Shown one piece after another: positions 26,478-36,052 of a stretch of 64,000 nucleotides of DNA. Each line of letters opens with the position of its first letter. Position 1 is the first letter of the stretch. Made by a program: the position numbers and the translations under genes. This stretch comes from an uncultured Thermoplasmata archaeon (GTDB lineage: Archaea; Thermoplasmatota; Thermoplasmata; UBA10834). The DNA lies in the NCBI GenBank assembly GCA_964644565.1, contig CAZXWO010000001.1, positions 57,727 to 121,726 of the forward strand, written 5' to 3'. The notes under the pieces are model-generated. The model made no database searches. It saw only the letters and a program-made list of their open reading frames with translations, and was not told the DNA's origin.

Positions 26478-27395
26478 TCAGGCCTTGCGGCACAGCACCA
26501 GGCTCAACCTTATGCGGTCCCCGAGGGTGGGGTCTGCGTATGAGCCGAAGACGATGGACGCGGAGGGCACCCGGGCGCCGACCGACGACACGATGCCGTC
26601 CATCTCCCTGTCCCAGGGGTCCGACGACGAGTAGACGGCCACCGCGCACCGCACCTGCGACGTGTCGAAGCCGAACCACGGGGAGCTGAAGGCCTCCGAC
26701 ACGCACCTCTCGACGCGGCCGTCCCCGCGGCCGATGCCGAGGCCGAAGCTGCCTGCGCTCGCGTCCCCTATCGCCCTCCTGAGCCGAGGGACCCCCTCCT
26801 TCGGCACGGCGGCGCAGATGTCGATGACCGGACGGACCATTATCCCGTTCATGAGCTGGAACGCACGGGACATCGGCATGTGGGGGGCCAAGGTCGATAG
26901 CTGGTCGTTCCCGAAATCGATGCAGAGGGTCGCGGTGCCCCTGAGCTCGCTGAGAATCCTCGCGGCGAAGTCCCTCCTGCGGGCGCTCTCCGCCGAGAAC
27001 GGGGTGGCCACGAGCACCACGTCCAGGGCGTTCCTCGCCTGGGCGACCTCCGAGAAGACCATGGCCCCCAGGGAGCCGCTCACCCCGCCGAGCCCGCACA
27101 TGAGGAAGGCGATGTCCGTGTTGTTGAACACGTCGACTATCTCGTGCCCCGCGACGGACGGGAGGTGCTTCACGACCTCCTTGTCGGACGAGTAGATGCC
27201 CACCAGCCGGTCCTGCCCTATGAGGACCCTCCTGTCGCTGGACACCCTCTCCAGGTCGGAACTCGATGTGGACACCGCGACCTTGGGGAACGGGACGCCC
27301 TCTATCATGTTGCACCCGGCGCTCCCCAGGCCGAAGACCTTGGCCCGCACCGACTGGACATCATCGGGAGGGGAGAACCTCAGGACCTCGGGCAT
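26478..27395 (-). CDS. Divergent FtsZ/tubulin-family protein
   Basis: VFGLGSAGCN, degenerate signature CGLGGVSGSLG, ATPFSAESARR; short, with no C-terminal tail. Confidence 0.8.
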   Translation of the reverse strand: MPEVLRFSPPDDVQSVRAKVFGLGSAGCNMIEGVPFPKVAVSTSSSDLERVSSDRRVLIGQDRLVGIYSSDKEVVKHLPSVAGHEIVDVFNNTDIAFLMCGLGGVSGSLGAMVFSEVAQARNALDVVLVATPFSAESARRRDFAARILSELRGTATLCIDFGNDQLSTLAPHMPMSRAFQLMNGIMVRPVIDICAAVPKEGVPRLRRAIGDASAGSFGLGIGRGDGRVERCVSEAFSSPWFGFDTSQVRCAVAVYSSSDPWDREMDGIVSSVGARVPSASIVFGSYADPTLGDRIRLSLVLCRKA

Positions 27396-27491
27396 CGGTG
27401 CCGACTATTACCGTCCCCGAATTTAACCTTTCATGGTACGGCGATTCTCCACGGGCCATCCATCAGCCTTTAAGTAATCGAAGTCGTATCA

Positions 27492-27572
27492 GCGGTCCAG
27501 CGGCAGTCAGATGCTGCTCCGGGGGGCGTCGCGGAGGCGTTCGGCGGCTGCCGCGCCGCATCGATGGACCGC
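27492..27572 (+). promoter_or_regulatory. Long stem-loop in the 5' leader of the antiporter gene
   Basis: GCGGTCCA/TGGACCGC and GCGGCAG/CTGCCGC are perfect nested inverted repeats just downstream of a TTTAAG TATA-like box. Confidence 0.45.
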
Positions 27573-27595
27573 CCTGTGCGGCCGGTGATTGGACC

Positions 27596-29422
27596 ATGGC
27601 AGACCTGCAGACCGATTTCGTAATGAGCATGGCTTTGGTCATAGCGGTGGCTGCCATCATCATCCTCCTCTTCCACAGGCTGCGCCAGCCCCTGGTCCTG
27701 GGCTACCTCGTCGCAGGCATCCTCGTCGGGCCCTTCGTCGTCGGCTCGCGCGACTATGTGGAGCTCCTCGCGAGGCTCGGGATCATACTCCTCACGTTCT
27801 CCATCGGCCTCGAGTTCAACCTCAAGAAGCTGCGGGCGATCGGCGCGACTGTGATCGTGGCGGCAACGATAGAGATACTCCTGATGATCGGGTTCGGTTT
27901 CCAGCTCGGCCTCGGGCTGGGCTGGACGGCCCTCGAGGCGACCCTGCTCGGGGCGGTCCTCTCGGTCGGGTCCACGCTGATAATCGTGAGGGCGCTCCGG
28001 GAGTACGGTGGCCTCGACAACGACCGGGCCAAACTCGTCGTCGGGCTCCTCATCGTGGAGGACTTCGCCGCCGTCCTCATCCTCGCTGCGGTCTCCGGCC
28101 TGGTCTCCTCCGGCGGCGTGAACCCGGAGCAGCTGGGCCTCCTGCTGGTCAAGATGGGGCTCTTCGTCTCCGCCGCGCTCGTGTTCGGACTGGCGGTCGT
28201 GCCCAGGCTCGTCGACTACGTCGGCAGGCAGCGCTCCGGGGAGCTCCTCGTCGTCACGGTCCTGGGCCTCTGCTTCGCCATGTCGGCATTCGCGATCCTG
28301 ATAGGTTTCTCCGAGGCCATCGGCGCGTTCGTCATGGGCGTCCTGGTCTCCGAGTCGAAGTTCATATCGGACGTCGTCAGGAAGGTCGAGCCCGTGAGGG
28401 ACGTCTTCGGGGCCATCTTCTTCATCGCGATAGGGATGCTCGTCGACCTCAGCCTGTTCACCGACATCTCGCACTTCATCATACCGGTGGTCGTGGTCCT
28501 GGTGGTTTTCGTGCTGGCCAAGATGTTCTCATGCACCCTGTCCACGTTCGCCGCCGGGTTCGGCGCGAGGAACGCCCTGGGTGCAGGCCTCGGGATGATC
28601 GCCATAGGCGAGTTCTCGCTGATGATAGCGTCGGTGGCGGCCGGCAACGAGAGCATCAGGCCCGAGATATACCCCATAATCGTCGTCGTGACGACCGCGA
28701 CCGCGCTGGTGGTCTCGTACAGCATCAAGTCCACGGACCGGGTCATCGACTCCGTCGCCTCGAGGACGCCCAGGCCGATGCTGCTCTTGGCGTCCTACCT
28801 GAACCTCGTGATGAGGAACCTGCGCAGGAGGTCCGGGTCGTCTCGTCCCATATCGAACGAGATGAGGAACAACATATCCAGCCTCTTCGTCAACCTGGTG
28901 GTCGTGATATCCGTGATAGTCGCCCTCGGGAGCGTGTTCCCCAGGGCGGGCGAGTACGCGGACCTCGTAGGCGGCAGCGAGGACATGTTGATACTGCTAG
29001 TCGTCACCGTCGCCCTGGTCCTGATCGTCCCCGCGATGTACAACGTATGGTCGAGGACGATCAGGTTCGTCGAGGTCTCGACCAGCGAGGCGATGCTCAC
29101 CACGAAGTCCGGGGAGACCGTGGGGTACCACGCGACATCCAAGGCGCTCAAGTGGGCCATCCTCGGCCTCTACGTGGCCGTGGGCTTCGTCATAGTCTCC
29201 CCGATGCTGCACTCGGTGCTGCAGGAGAATGTGCTGTACATCGCGATCGCCGTGGCGGTGGTCTTCCTCGTCGTGGTCGCCCTCTGGAACTCGGTCCAGA
29301 CCATCAACAGCAAGATGTGCGAGGTGTTCGAGCACAGGGAGCTGGCGGAGGACAGCGGCTCGTCCAAGGAGCTGGCGGAGATCAGCGAGATCATCTCGGC
29401 GATGGAGCGTGAGCGGACTTGA
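27596..29422 (+). CDS. Cation:proton antiporter (CPA2/Kef-type) with extra C-terminal TM segments
   Basis: QPLVLGYLVAGILVGP, FSIGLEF, GLLIVEDFAAV, GAFVMG, MIAIGEFSL. Confidence 0.92.
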   Translation: MADLQTDFVMSMALVIAVAAIIILLFHRLRQPLVLGYLVAGILVGPFVVGSRDYVELLARLGIILLTFSIGLEFNLKKLRAIGATVIVAATIEILLMIGFGFQLGLGLGWTALEATLLGAVLSVGSTLIIVRALREYGGLDNDRAKLVVGLLIVEDFAAVLILAAVSGLVSSGGVNPEQLGLLLVKMGLFVSAALVFGLAVVPRLVDYVGRQRSGELLVVTVLGLCFAMSAFAILIGFSEAIGAFVMGVLVSESKFISDVVRKVEPVRDVFGAIFFIAIGMLVDLSLFTDISHFIIPVVVVLVVFVLAKMFSCTLSTFAAGFGARNALGAGLGMIAIGEFSLMIASVAAGNESIRPEIYPIIVVVTTATALVVSYSIKSTDRVIDSVASRTPRPMLLLASYLNLVMRNLRRRSGSSRPISNEMRNNISSLFVNLVVVISVIVALGSVFPRAGEYADLVGGSEDMLILLVVTVALVLIVPAMYNVWSRTIRFVEVSTSEAMLTTKSGETVGYHATSKALKWAILGLYVAVGFVIVSPMLHSVLQENVLYIAIAVAVVFLVVVALWNSVQTINSKMCEVFEHRELAEDSGSSKELAEISEIISAMERERT

Positions 29423-30531
29423 GGGTGCTCCACGTCTCCGACACCCACCTCGGGTACAGCGCCTTCTCCCGGCTCGACCCCGTCGAGGGCATCAACCAGC
29501 GGGAGTCCGACTTCTACGACGCCTTCAGGCAGGCGGTGGACCTGGCCGTCAACCTCAGGCCGGACGTGCTCATCCACGCAGGGGACCTGTTCGACACCGT
29601 CAGGCCGCAGAACAGGGCCATTGACTTCGCCCTCAGGCAGATCATCCGGCTCTCGGAGGCGGGGATAGAGACCGTGCTGATATCCGGGAACCACTCGACG
29701 CCCCGGATCAGGGAGACCGGCTCCATATTCAGGATATTCGAGCACCTCCCCCACATACACTCGGTGCACGAGCCAGGGGTCGCGAAGGTGGTCGTCGGTG
29801 ACCTGACGGTCCACGCCGTCCCGCACTCCGTGACCCCGCCGCTGCACGAGGTCGTGCAGGACGCGGTGCCGTCGAAGGCCACCAGGTTCAACCTGCTCGT
29901 GCTGCACGCGGGCATCCTCGGCTCGAAGACCTACAAGATGGACGAGTTCAGCGAGCAGGAGGTGCCCATGTCCGCCGTCTCGGAGGCCTTCGACTACGTC
30001 GCACTCGGGCACTACCACGAGTTCTCGGAGGTCCGGCCCCGCGTGTTCTACTCCGGCTCCACCGAGAGGCTCGGGTTCGGGGAGGTGGGCCAGACCAAGG
30101 GGGTGGTCGAGGCGGACCTCGTGACGGGCAAGGCGAAGCTGCACGAGCTGAGGACCAGGGGCATGGTGGACATCGAGCCCATCGACGCGTCGAAGCTCTC
30201 CTCCTCCGAGATACTGGAGGAGGCGCGGCGCAGGCTCAGCTCCGCCGACATAGACGACCTGATCGTGAGGCTCGTGGTGAAGGACGTCCGCAAGGACGCG
30301 TACAGCACCCTCGAGGTCCCGGCCATCAAGCGCCTCGGCTCGCGGGCCATGCACTTCGAGCTCAGGATCGACAGGATGGAGGAGGAGGGGAAGAAGGCCA
30401 CGGGCGACATCCACATAGGTTCCCTGGCCCACGAGTACCAGGTCTACGTCTCGTCCTCTGACAGGCCGGAGGAGGAGAGGAGGAGGCTCATCGCGGCCGG
30501 GCTCCCGTACTTCGCGGAGGACGAGGGATGA
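29419..30531 (+). CDS. mre11: DNA double-strand break repair nuclease Mre11 (SbcD-like)
   Basis: SDTHLG, HAGDLFD, SGNHS, YVALGHYH, YSGSTE. Confidence 0.93.
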   Translation: MRVLHVSDTHLGYSAFSRLDPVEGINQRESDFYDAFRQAVDLAVNLRPDVLIHAGDLFDTVRPQNRAIDFALRQIIRLSEAGIETVLISGNHSTPRIRETGSIFRIFEHLPHIHSVHEPGVAKVVVGDLTVHAVPHSVTPPLHEVVQDAVPSKATRFNLLVLHAGILGSKTYKMDEFSEQEVPMSAVSEAFDYVALGHYHEFSEVRPRVFYSGSTERLGFGEVGQTKGVVEADLVTGKAKLHELRTRGMVDIEPIDASKLSSSEILEEARRRLSSADIDDLIVRLVVKDVRKDAYSTLEVPAIKRLGSRAMHFELRIDRMEEEGKKATGDIHIGSLAHEYQVYVSSSDRPEEERRRLIAAGLPYFAEDEG

Positions 30532-32948
30532 GGCTCTCGTACCTCGAGCTCAGGAACTACAGGAGGTTCAGGGACGTCAAGGTCCAGTTCCCGGACGGCA
30601 TCGTGGGGATCATAGGTTCCAACGGCTCCGGCAAGACCACACTCATCGAGGGCATCGCCTGGGCGCTGTTCGGCAACACGGACGAGGTCGTGAGGACCTC
30701 CAGGGAGAGCATCAAGAGGGCCGGGGCCGGGACATCGGAGTCCTGCGGGGCGGTCCTGGAGTTCGAGCTCGGGGGCGCGGGCTACAGGATCGAGCGCGAG
30801 ATGGGGGGCAAGAGCCTGACCATGAAGGCGTCGCTCAGGACCGGGGACACCGTCCTGGCCGAGGGGGACAAGCCCGTCAAGAAGGCGGTCGAGAAGCTCA
30901 TCGGCATGGACCACAAGTCGTTCTTCACCTCCGTGTTCGCGAGGCAGAAGGAGCTCAACGCGCTCCAGAACGTCGCCGCCGGCGAGAGGAAGAAGGCGGT
31001 CCTCAGGATGCTCAGGATAGACGGCATTGACGACGTCATCGCGAAGGTGCGCGACGACAGGAGGACCGTCGAGAACAAGATCAAGGGGGCCGAGGGCATG
31101 CTCCTGGACGAGGACGGCAGGGACCGGGAGGCCATCATCAAGGGGAGGCTGCCGGAGCTGCAGAAGGCGCTCGGCGAGGCCGAGACCCTCCTGAAGGCCG
31201 CCGAGGAGGCCGAGGCCGCGGCGAGCAGGGCGTTCGAGGAGGCCAGGAAGCAGAAGGACGCGCTCAAGAAGGACGCCGACGCGCACGACGCCGCGGCGAA
31301 GGACCTGCACGCGAAACGGTCGGCGGCGGCCCAGCTGGAACAGCAGGCCCAGAGGCTGGACAAGAGGGCGCAGGAGGCGAGGGCCAAGCTCTCGCGGCTC
31401 CCCGAGCTGGAGTCGGCCGAGCGCGCCTGGTCGGAGGCCGCCTCCGCGGCCGAGAAGCTCGAGGAGGAGCGCAGGAAGGACGACAGGGCCAAGCACATCG
31501 CGGAGGACCTCAGGGCCGACGGGGCCGCGTCCGAGGGGCTCAGGAAGGAGCTGGCCGGGGCGGAGAAGGCTGCGGCCGGGGAGGACCTGGAGGCGCAGAA
31601 GAAGGCGCTCGAGGCCTCGAGGCTCGATTCGGAGCGGGCCAGGGCGGACATCTCCGACAATCTCGGCGAGCTGCGCGCGAGGATGCGCGAGAGGCTCGCG
31701 GCGGAGGCCCGGGACCGCGCCAGGCTCGAGGAGATACTCAGGTTGGGGAAGGACGGTAAGTGCCCCACGTGCGAGCGGCGCCTGGACGAGGCCTACGACC
31801 TCCTCGCGGCCAAGCTCCGGGGCGATGCCGACACCGCCAAGGCCGAGGCCCAGGAGGCGGCGGCCAGGACGGAGGAGCTCCAGAACCAGCTCAGGGGCCT
31901 CGACAAGAGGGACGAGGCGCTCAAGAAGAAGGCGGCCAGGGTCGAGCAGGAGGCGGACCGGCGCAGGAGGGCGGAGGAGGCGGCGAAGGGGCTGAAGAGG
32001 CAGCTCGCCCAGCTCGAGGCGAGGGCCGAGGCCAAGTCGAAGGAGCTCTCCGCGCTGGGCAAGGTCTCCTTCTCCAAGGAGGCCTACGACCTGGCACGTT
32101 CGGAGAGGGACCGGCTCAAGCCGCTCCACGAGGAGTTCCTGAAGCTCAGGGCGACCGGGGAGGAGCTCGCCCGGATAGAGGCCGACCAGCGCGACGTGGG
32201 GGAGAAGGCCGCGAAGCTCGGGCTGGAGGCCGAGGCCCTCTCCCGGCTGACGAAGGAGCTTGAACCCAAGAAGGCCGAATATGAGAAGGTCCACAAGCTA
32301 GTTGACGAGAAAATGGACATCATGAACAGGGCCAAGGACGAGGCGCGCTCGAGGTCCAGGAAGCGCGACGAGGCAAAGGGCGCCCTGCAGTTCGCGGACA
32401 AGGAGCTCGCGAACATCGAGAGGGCGAAGAAGAGCATCGAGGAGGAGAGGCTGAGGAAGTTGGAGCTCGCGTCCCTCGAGGAGGTCATGGTGTCCTTCAA
32501 GGACGACCTCATAGGGAGGGTGAGGCCCACCCTGAGCGAGCTGACGTCGCACATGCTGAAGCTCACCACGGGCGGGAGGTACAGCCGAGTCGAGATCGAC
32601 GAGGGCTACGAGATGCAGGTGGACGACGAGGGCGCCCTGCACCCCGTGGGCAGGTTCTCCGGCGGCGAGGCCGACCTCGCGAACCTCGCGCTGCGGCTGG
32701 CGATCTCCAGGATAATAGCCGAGCGCACGGGCGCGAACCCGATCAACTTCCTCATCCTGGACGAGATATTCGGGTCCCTGGACCCGGAGAGGAAGAGGAG
32801 CGTCATGACGGCCCTGGCCGGGCTGTCCGCGCAGTTCAGGCAGATATTCCTCATCACCCACATTGAGGACATCAAGGACCTCATGGGCTACGTGATGAGG
32901 GTGCAGCAGGCGGAGGACGGGACCAGCACGGTGACCCTCGCGTCGTAG
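30528..32948 (+). CDS. rad50: DNA double-strand break repair ATPase Rad50
   Basis: Walker A GSNGSGKT, coiled coil with CPTC zinc hook, FSGGE signature, ILDE Walker B, ITH. Confidence 0.95.
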   Translation: MRLSYLELRNYRRFRDVKVQFPDGIVGIIGSNGSGKTTLIEGIAWALFGNTDEVVRTSRESIKRAGAGTSESCGAVLEFELGGAGYRIEREMGGKSLTMKASLRTGDTVLAEGDKPVKKAVEKLIGMDHKSFFTSVFARQKELNALQNVAAGERKKAVLRMLRIDGIDDVIAKVRDDRRTVENKIKGAEGMLLDEDGRDREAIIKGRLPELQKALGEAETLLKAAEEAEAAASRAFEEARKQKDALKKDADAHDAAAKDLHAKRSAAAQLEQQAQRLDKRAQEARAKLSRLPELESAERAWSEAASAAEKLEEERRKDDRAKHIAEDLRADGAASEGLRKELAGAEKAAAGEDLEAQKKALEASRLDSERARADISDNLGELRARMRERLAAEARDRARLEEILRLGKDGKCPTCERRLDEAYDLLAAKLRGDADTAKAEAQEAAARTEELQNQLRGLDKRDEALKKKAARVEQEADRRRRAEEAAKGLKRQLAQLEARAEAKSKELSALGKVSFSKEAYDLARSERDRLKPLHEEFLKLRATGEELARIEADQRDVGEKAAKLGLEAEALSRLTKELEPKKAEYEKVHKLVDEKMDIMNRAKDEARSRSRKRDEAKGALQFADKELANIERAKKSIEEERLRKLELASLEEVMVSFKDDLIGRVRPTLSELTSHMLKLTTGGRYSRVEIDEGYEMQVDDEGALHPVGRFSGGEADLANLALRLAISRIIAERTGANPINFLILDEIFGSLDPERKRSVMTALAGLSAQFRQIFLITHIEDIKDLMGYVMRVQQAEDGTSTVTLAS

Positions 32949-32950
32949 CG

Positions 32951-33844
32951 TCAGTCGAACCCGCCGAGGGTCATCTGGTCCTGTATGACCACGTCCCTGG
33001 CCTCGTGGGGGATTCCCAGGATGTCCATCATCTGGAACGCGTTCCTGACCGCCTTCGACCTGCCGTGGTTGTTGAAATATATCCTGGCCTTCTCGCAGTT
33101 GGAGACCATCTCGCCCAGGCGCTGCTCCCACTCGGAGAGCTGCTCGTGTGTGTAGAGGTAGTCGTAACGGTTGAGCCTGTAGTCGTCCTCGGCCTCGTCC
33201 TTGTACCAGATGTCGTAGTTGCGCCCGTGGAACCTTACGTAGGCGTGCTTGGCGGTCAGGGAGCGCGTTATCGGGAAGCCGGGGCCGTCGACGATCGTGT
33301 TGGCCACCTTGAACTCCTGCAGCACCTCGATCGCGTCCGACGCCAGCTCGTTTCCCTTCTCGTTGAGCCAGGACCTGTGCCTGAACTCCACGGCGTAGTC
33401 GTACTTGTCGGTGCCGAGCATCTGGAACAGCGCCCTGAGCTTGCCAAGGCTCTCCCGCCCCTCGAGCCTGAAGTAGGGGGACATCTGTATCAGGACGCCC
33501 CCCAGGAGGCCGGCCTCGGCGAGAGGCGTCACGCAGATGGCCTCGAAGCTGGACGCCTGGGCCGCGGCGGTATCGGGGGAGTCCTTCAGTATCGAGTCGT
33601 GGGTGACTATCTGCGGGAGCTTGACGGAGAACTCGAAGCCGAGCCTCTGCCGGCCCTTCTCGATCCACGATTTGACCATGAACTCGTTGGGGACCCGGTA
33701 GAAGGTGGAGTTGATCTCGACCGTGGGGAAGTACTTGGAGTAGTATGCGAACCAGTCCCCCTTCCGGTTCGCCAGCTCCGTCGGGTAGAAGCGCCCTACC
33801 CAGTCGTCGTAAGACCACCCCGAGCAGCCGACGAGTGCGGCCAT
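32951..33844 (-). CDS. DUF72 family protein
   Basis: VGCSGWSYDDW, TVEINSTFY, FSVKLP, YAVEFRH, YVRFHGRN, YFNNH. Confidence 0.93.
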   Translation of the reverse strand: MAALVGCSGWSYDDWVGRFYPTELANRKGDWFAYYSKYFPTVEINSTFYRVPNEFMVKSWIEKGRQRLGFEFSVKLPQIVTHDSILKDSPDTAAAQASSFEAICVTPLAEAGLLGGVLIQMSPYFRLEGRESLGKLRALFQMLGTDKYDYAVEFRHRSWLNEKGNELASDAIEVLQEFKVANTIVDGPGFPITRSLTAKHAYVRFHGRNYDIWYKDEAEDDYRLNRYDYLYTHEQLSEWEQRLGEMVSNCEKARIYFNNHGRSKAVRNAFQMMDILGIPHEARDVVIQDQMTLGGFD

Positions 33845-33895
33845 CGACGTTTATAGATGACTTAAGGCTATAAAAATGATTGCGAGGCCCCATCG

Positions 33896-34163
33896 GGCAT
33901 GCCAGCGGCCCCGCGCCAGTGCGCCCGGGCGGCCGGTCCGAGGGGGCAAACCGATATATCCCAGGAGCCTCGTAACCATACACTGCCTGGAAACAAAATG
34001 CTGCGGACCCGATGATGCAGTGTTCCGACACCAGGCGACAGTGCGCCATGAATGGGTCCCTCTATGAACCACCGGTGTGACACCGAGGCGTGTGTAGGGG
34101 ACAACGTGGCGTGCGACAAAACCCCCCAGGAGGGTCAGGGCGGCGAGAGTGCTTGAGCATGCC
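33896..34163 (+). ncRNA. Candidate ~270-nt structured ncRNA of unknown family
   Basis: Closing helix GGCATGC/GCATGCC, at least eight internal helices, a 6-bp pseudoknot and A-rich joiners; fills a gap with no credible ORF. Confidence 0.55.
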
Positions 34164-34176
34164 ATGAACCGCGCTG

Positions 34177-34884
34177 TTACACCTGGGGGACACCCTTCTG
34201 CGTCCGCTTCGGCCTGGCGAGCCTCGAGAGCCACGCCTCGGCGTCGTCGTACATGGAGAACTCCTTCTCCCTCTCCCTGAACTCCTTCGTGTGGTGCAGC
34301 CTGCGGGTCGGGGTCCCCTTCGGGTCGAGCACGCCGTGGAGGAGCTCGTGGTAGACGACGAACTCCAGGACGTACCTCGGGACCTTCTCCGAGTCGAGCG
34401 CGCGGTTGGCGGCCAGGATGTCCAGGGGTTCGAAGTAGAAGCCCAGCCTCACGGACGGCGACTCCTTCGCCCAGGCGAGGTCCGGGCGCCTTATGGAGCC
34501 GTTGAAGTAGCACGAGTTGACGTAGTCGAAGACGGCGCCGAGGTCGCGGCACGCACCCACCGGCCTGAAGGACAGGTTCCTGGCCCTGCTGACGTAGACG
34601 CCCTTCTTGGGCGCCCACATCTCCCGAGAGCGCGCGTGGTCCAGGTACCTCTCGGCCATCCCCTCCGGGCACCTCTTCCCGTAGACGCGGCAGAGGAGGT
34701 ACCAGGCGAGAGCCTCGGTCACCGGCCCCGGGGAGGCGTCCATGTAGTCGCTGATGCGGAAGGAGAGGGTGCTCCGCCTCTTCCGCCAGGTATGCTTCAG
34801 CTCGCTGTAGGGGTGGTACTCGGCGGAGACCCGGTCGGCTGAGAGCTGCTTCCCGACCTGCCTGAAGACGCCCTCTAGGTCCAC
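34177..34884 (-). CDS. SprT-like / M48-type zinc metalloprotease domain protein
   Basis: VVYHELLH (HExxH) plus HHTKEFRERE; FDYVNSCYFNG resembles the SprT N-terminal motif. Confidence 0.82.
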   Translation of the reverse strand: MDLEGVFRQVGKQLSADRVSAEYHPYSELKHTWRKRRSTLSFRISDYMDASPGPVTEALAWYLLCRVYGKRCPEGMAERYLDHARSREMWAPKKGVYVSRARNLSFRPVGACRDLGAVFDYVNSCYFNGSIRRPDLAWAKESPSVRLGFYFEPLDILAANRALDSEKVPRYVLEFVVYHELLHGVLDPKGTPTRRLHHTKEFREREKEFSMYDDAEAWLSRLARPKRTQKGVPQV

Positions 34885-34951
34885 GCCGCGAGTATGGCGA
34901 AACCTGCATTATATTGTTGACCTCTCAGGGTAGCCGTGAGGTCGCAGTCGG

Positions 34952-36052
34952 ATGGCGCATGAGGAGGGACGGGCCGCACCCGCCACCCACATCGCCCGCA
35001 TCGCGGTCATGCTCTCCATTTCTGCCCTGATCGTCCCGGGGGTCCTGCCAGCGGGGTTCGCAGCAGGCGCCGAGGCGGCGGACGCGGAGCTCGTCGGCTC
35101 CCTGGACCCGGGCAGGATGACAGAGACCATATCGACGCTCCAGGGATTCGGGTCGAGGGAGTTCCACCTCGAGTCGGCCCGGCAGGCCGCCGAGTTCCTC
35201 CATGACTCCTTCGAGGGGATGGGCATCGACGTCGAGCACCAGTACTTCATGGTCGACGATACCCAGGTCTCGAACGTCGTAGCGACGATCCCGGGCACCG
35301 AGGACGGCGCCGGCAGGTACCTCTTCGGGGCGCATTACGACTCCGAGAACTCGGGGGCCCATGACCTGTCGACGGCCGAGAACCTCTCCGCCCCGGGCGC
35401 GGACGACGACGCCTCGGGGGTCGCTGCGGTGCTGGAGATGGCCAGGGTCCTGAAGGGGGCGGGCCTGCCGTGGACCGTCGTGTTCGTCATGTTCGGGGCC
35501 GAGGAGTACGGGTACGACAACTCCGGAGGGTGCAAAGGGAGCGAATACTTCACGGAGGCCGAGGTCGCCCTCGGGCACAACTACTCCGGGACGGCGGTCC
35601 TGGACATGGTCGGCTACCGGGCCGGAGGCGAGAACAGGGCGGTGCTCGTGGTCGACGGGGACGGGGACGTTCTCGCCGAGTCGACGGTCGACGCGGTGGA
35701 CACATTCGGCATCCAGCTCTCCCTGGAGCTCCTGGTCAGGCCCATGATCACATTCAGCGATCACGCATCGTTCTGGGCGCACGGCATCCCGAGCATGCTG
35801 GTCATCGAGGAGCTGGACGAGGACTACTTCCCCGTGAACCCCGCCTACCACACCGGCCTGGACACCATCGACATCCTGGCCATGGACCAGGTGGAGGCGG
35901 TCGCGGAGGCGCTCCTCGGGGGGCTGCTCACATTGGACGACGGGGACGACAGGGCCCTGCTGGTTTTCGGGACAGTTATAATGTCCGCCCTGATAGTCTC
36001 GGTCGCATTGCTCGTTCACTTTCGCAGAAGGCGAGGCGGGTTGGCTAGATGA
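34952..36052 (+). CDS. M28 family peptidase with signal peptide and C-terminal membrane anchor
   Basis: GAHYDS, PGADDDASG, FGAEE, SDHASF, YHT; hydrophobic termini. Confidence 0.9.
   Translation: MAHEEGRAAPATHIARIAVMLSISALIVPGVLPAGFAAGAEAADAELVGSLDPGRMTETISTLQGFGSREFHLESARQAAEFLHDSFEGMGIDVEHQYFMVDDTQVSNVVATIPGTEDGAGRYLFGAHYDSENSGAHDLSTAENLSAPGADDDASGVAAVLEMARVLKGAGLPWTVVFVMFGAEEYGYDNSGGCKGSEYFTEAEVALGHNYSGTAVLDMVGYRAGGENRAVLVVDGDGDVLAESTVDAVDTFGIQLSLELLVRPMITFSDHASFWAHGIPSMLVIEELDEDYFPVNPAYHTGLDTIDILAMDQVEAVAEALLGGLLTLDDGDDRALLVFGTVIMSALIVSVALLVHFRRRRGGLAR

Noticed and set aside
33868-34119. 83-aa minus-strand and 63-aa plus-strand ORFs in the DUF72-SprT gap
   Set aside because: Atypical composition and no RBS; the region is better explained as structured RNA.
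33896-34163. Assignment as RNase P, SRP RNA, group I or II intron, or c-di-GMP riboswitch
   Set aside because: GAGGAAAGUCC, the GNRA/AGCAG helix 8, R/S elements and domain V are absent; only short chance matches (GTGCG, GGCAAACC, GGGTCAGG).
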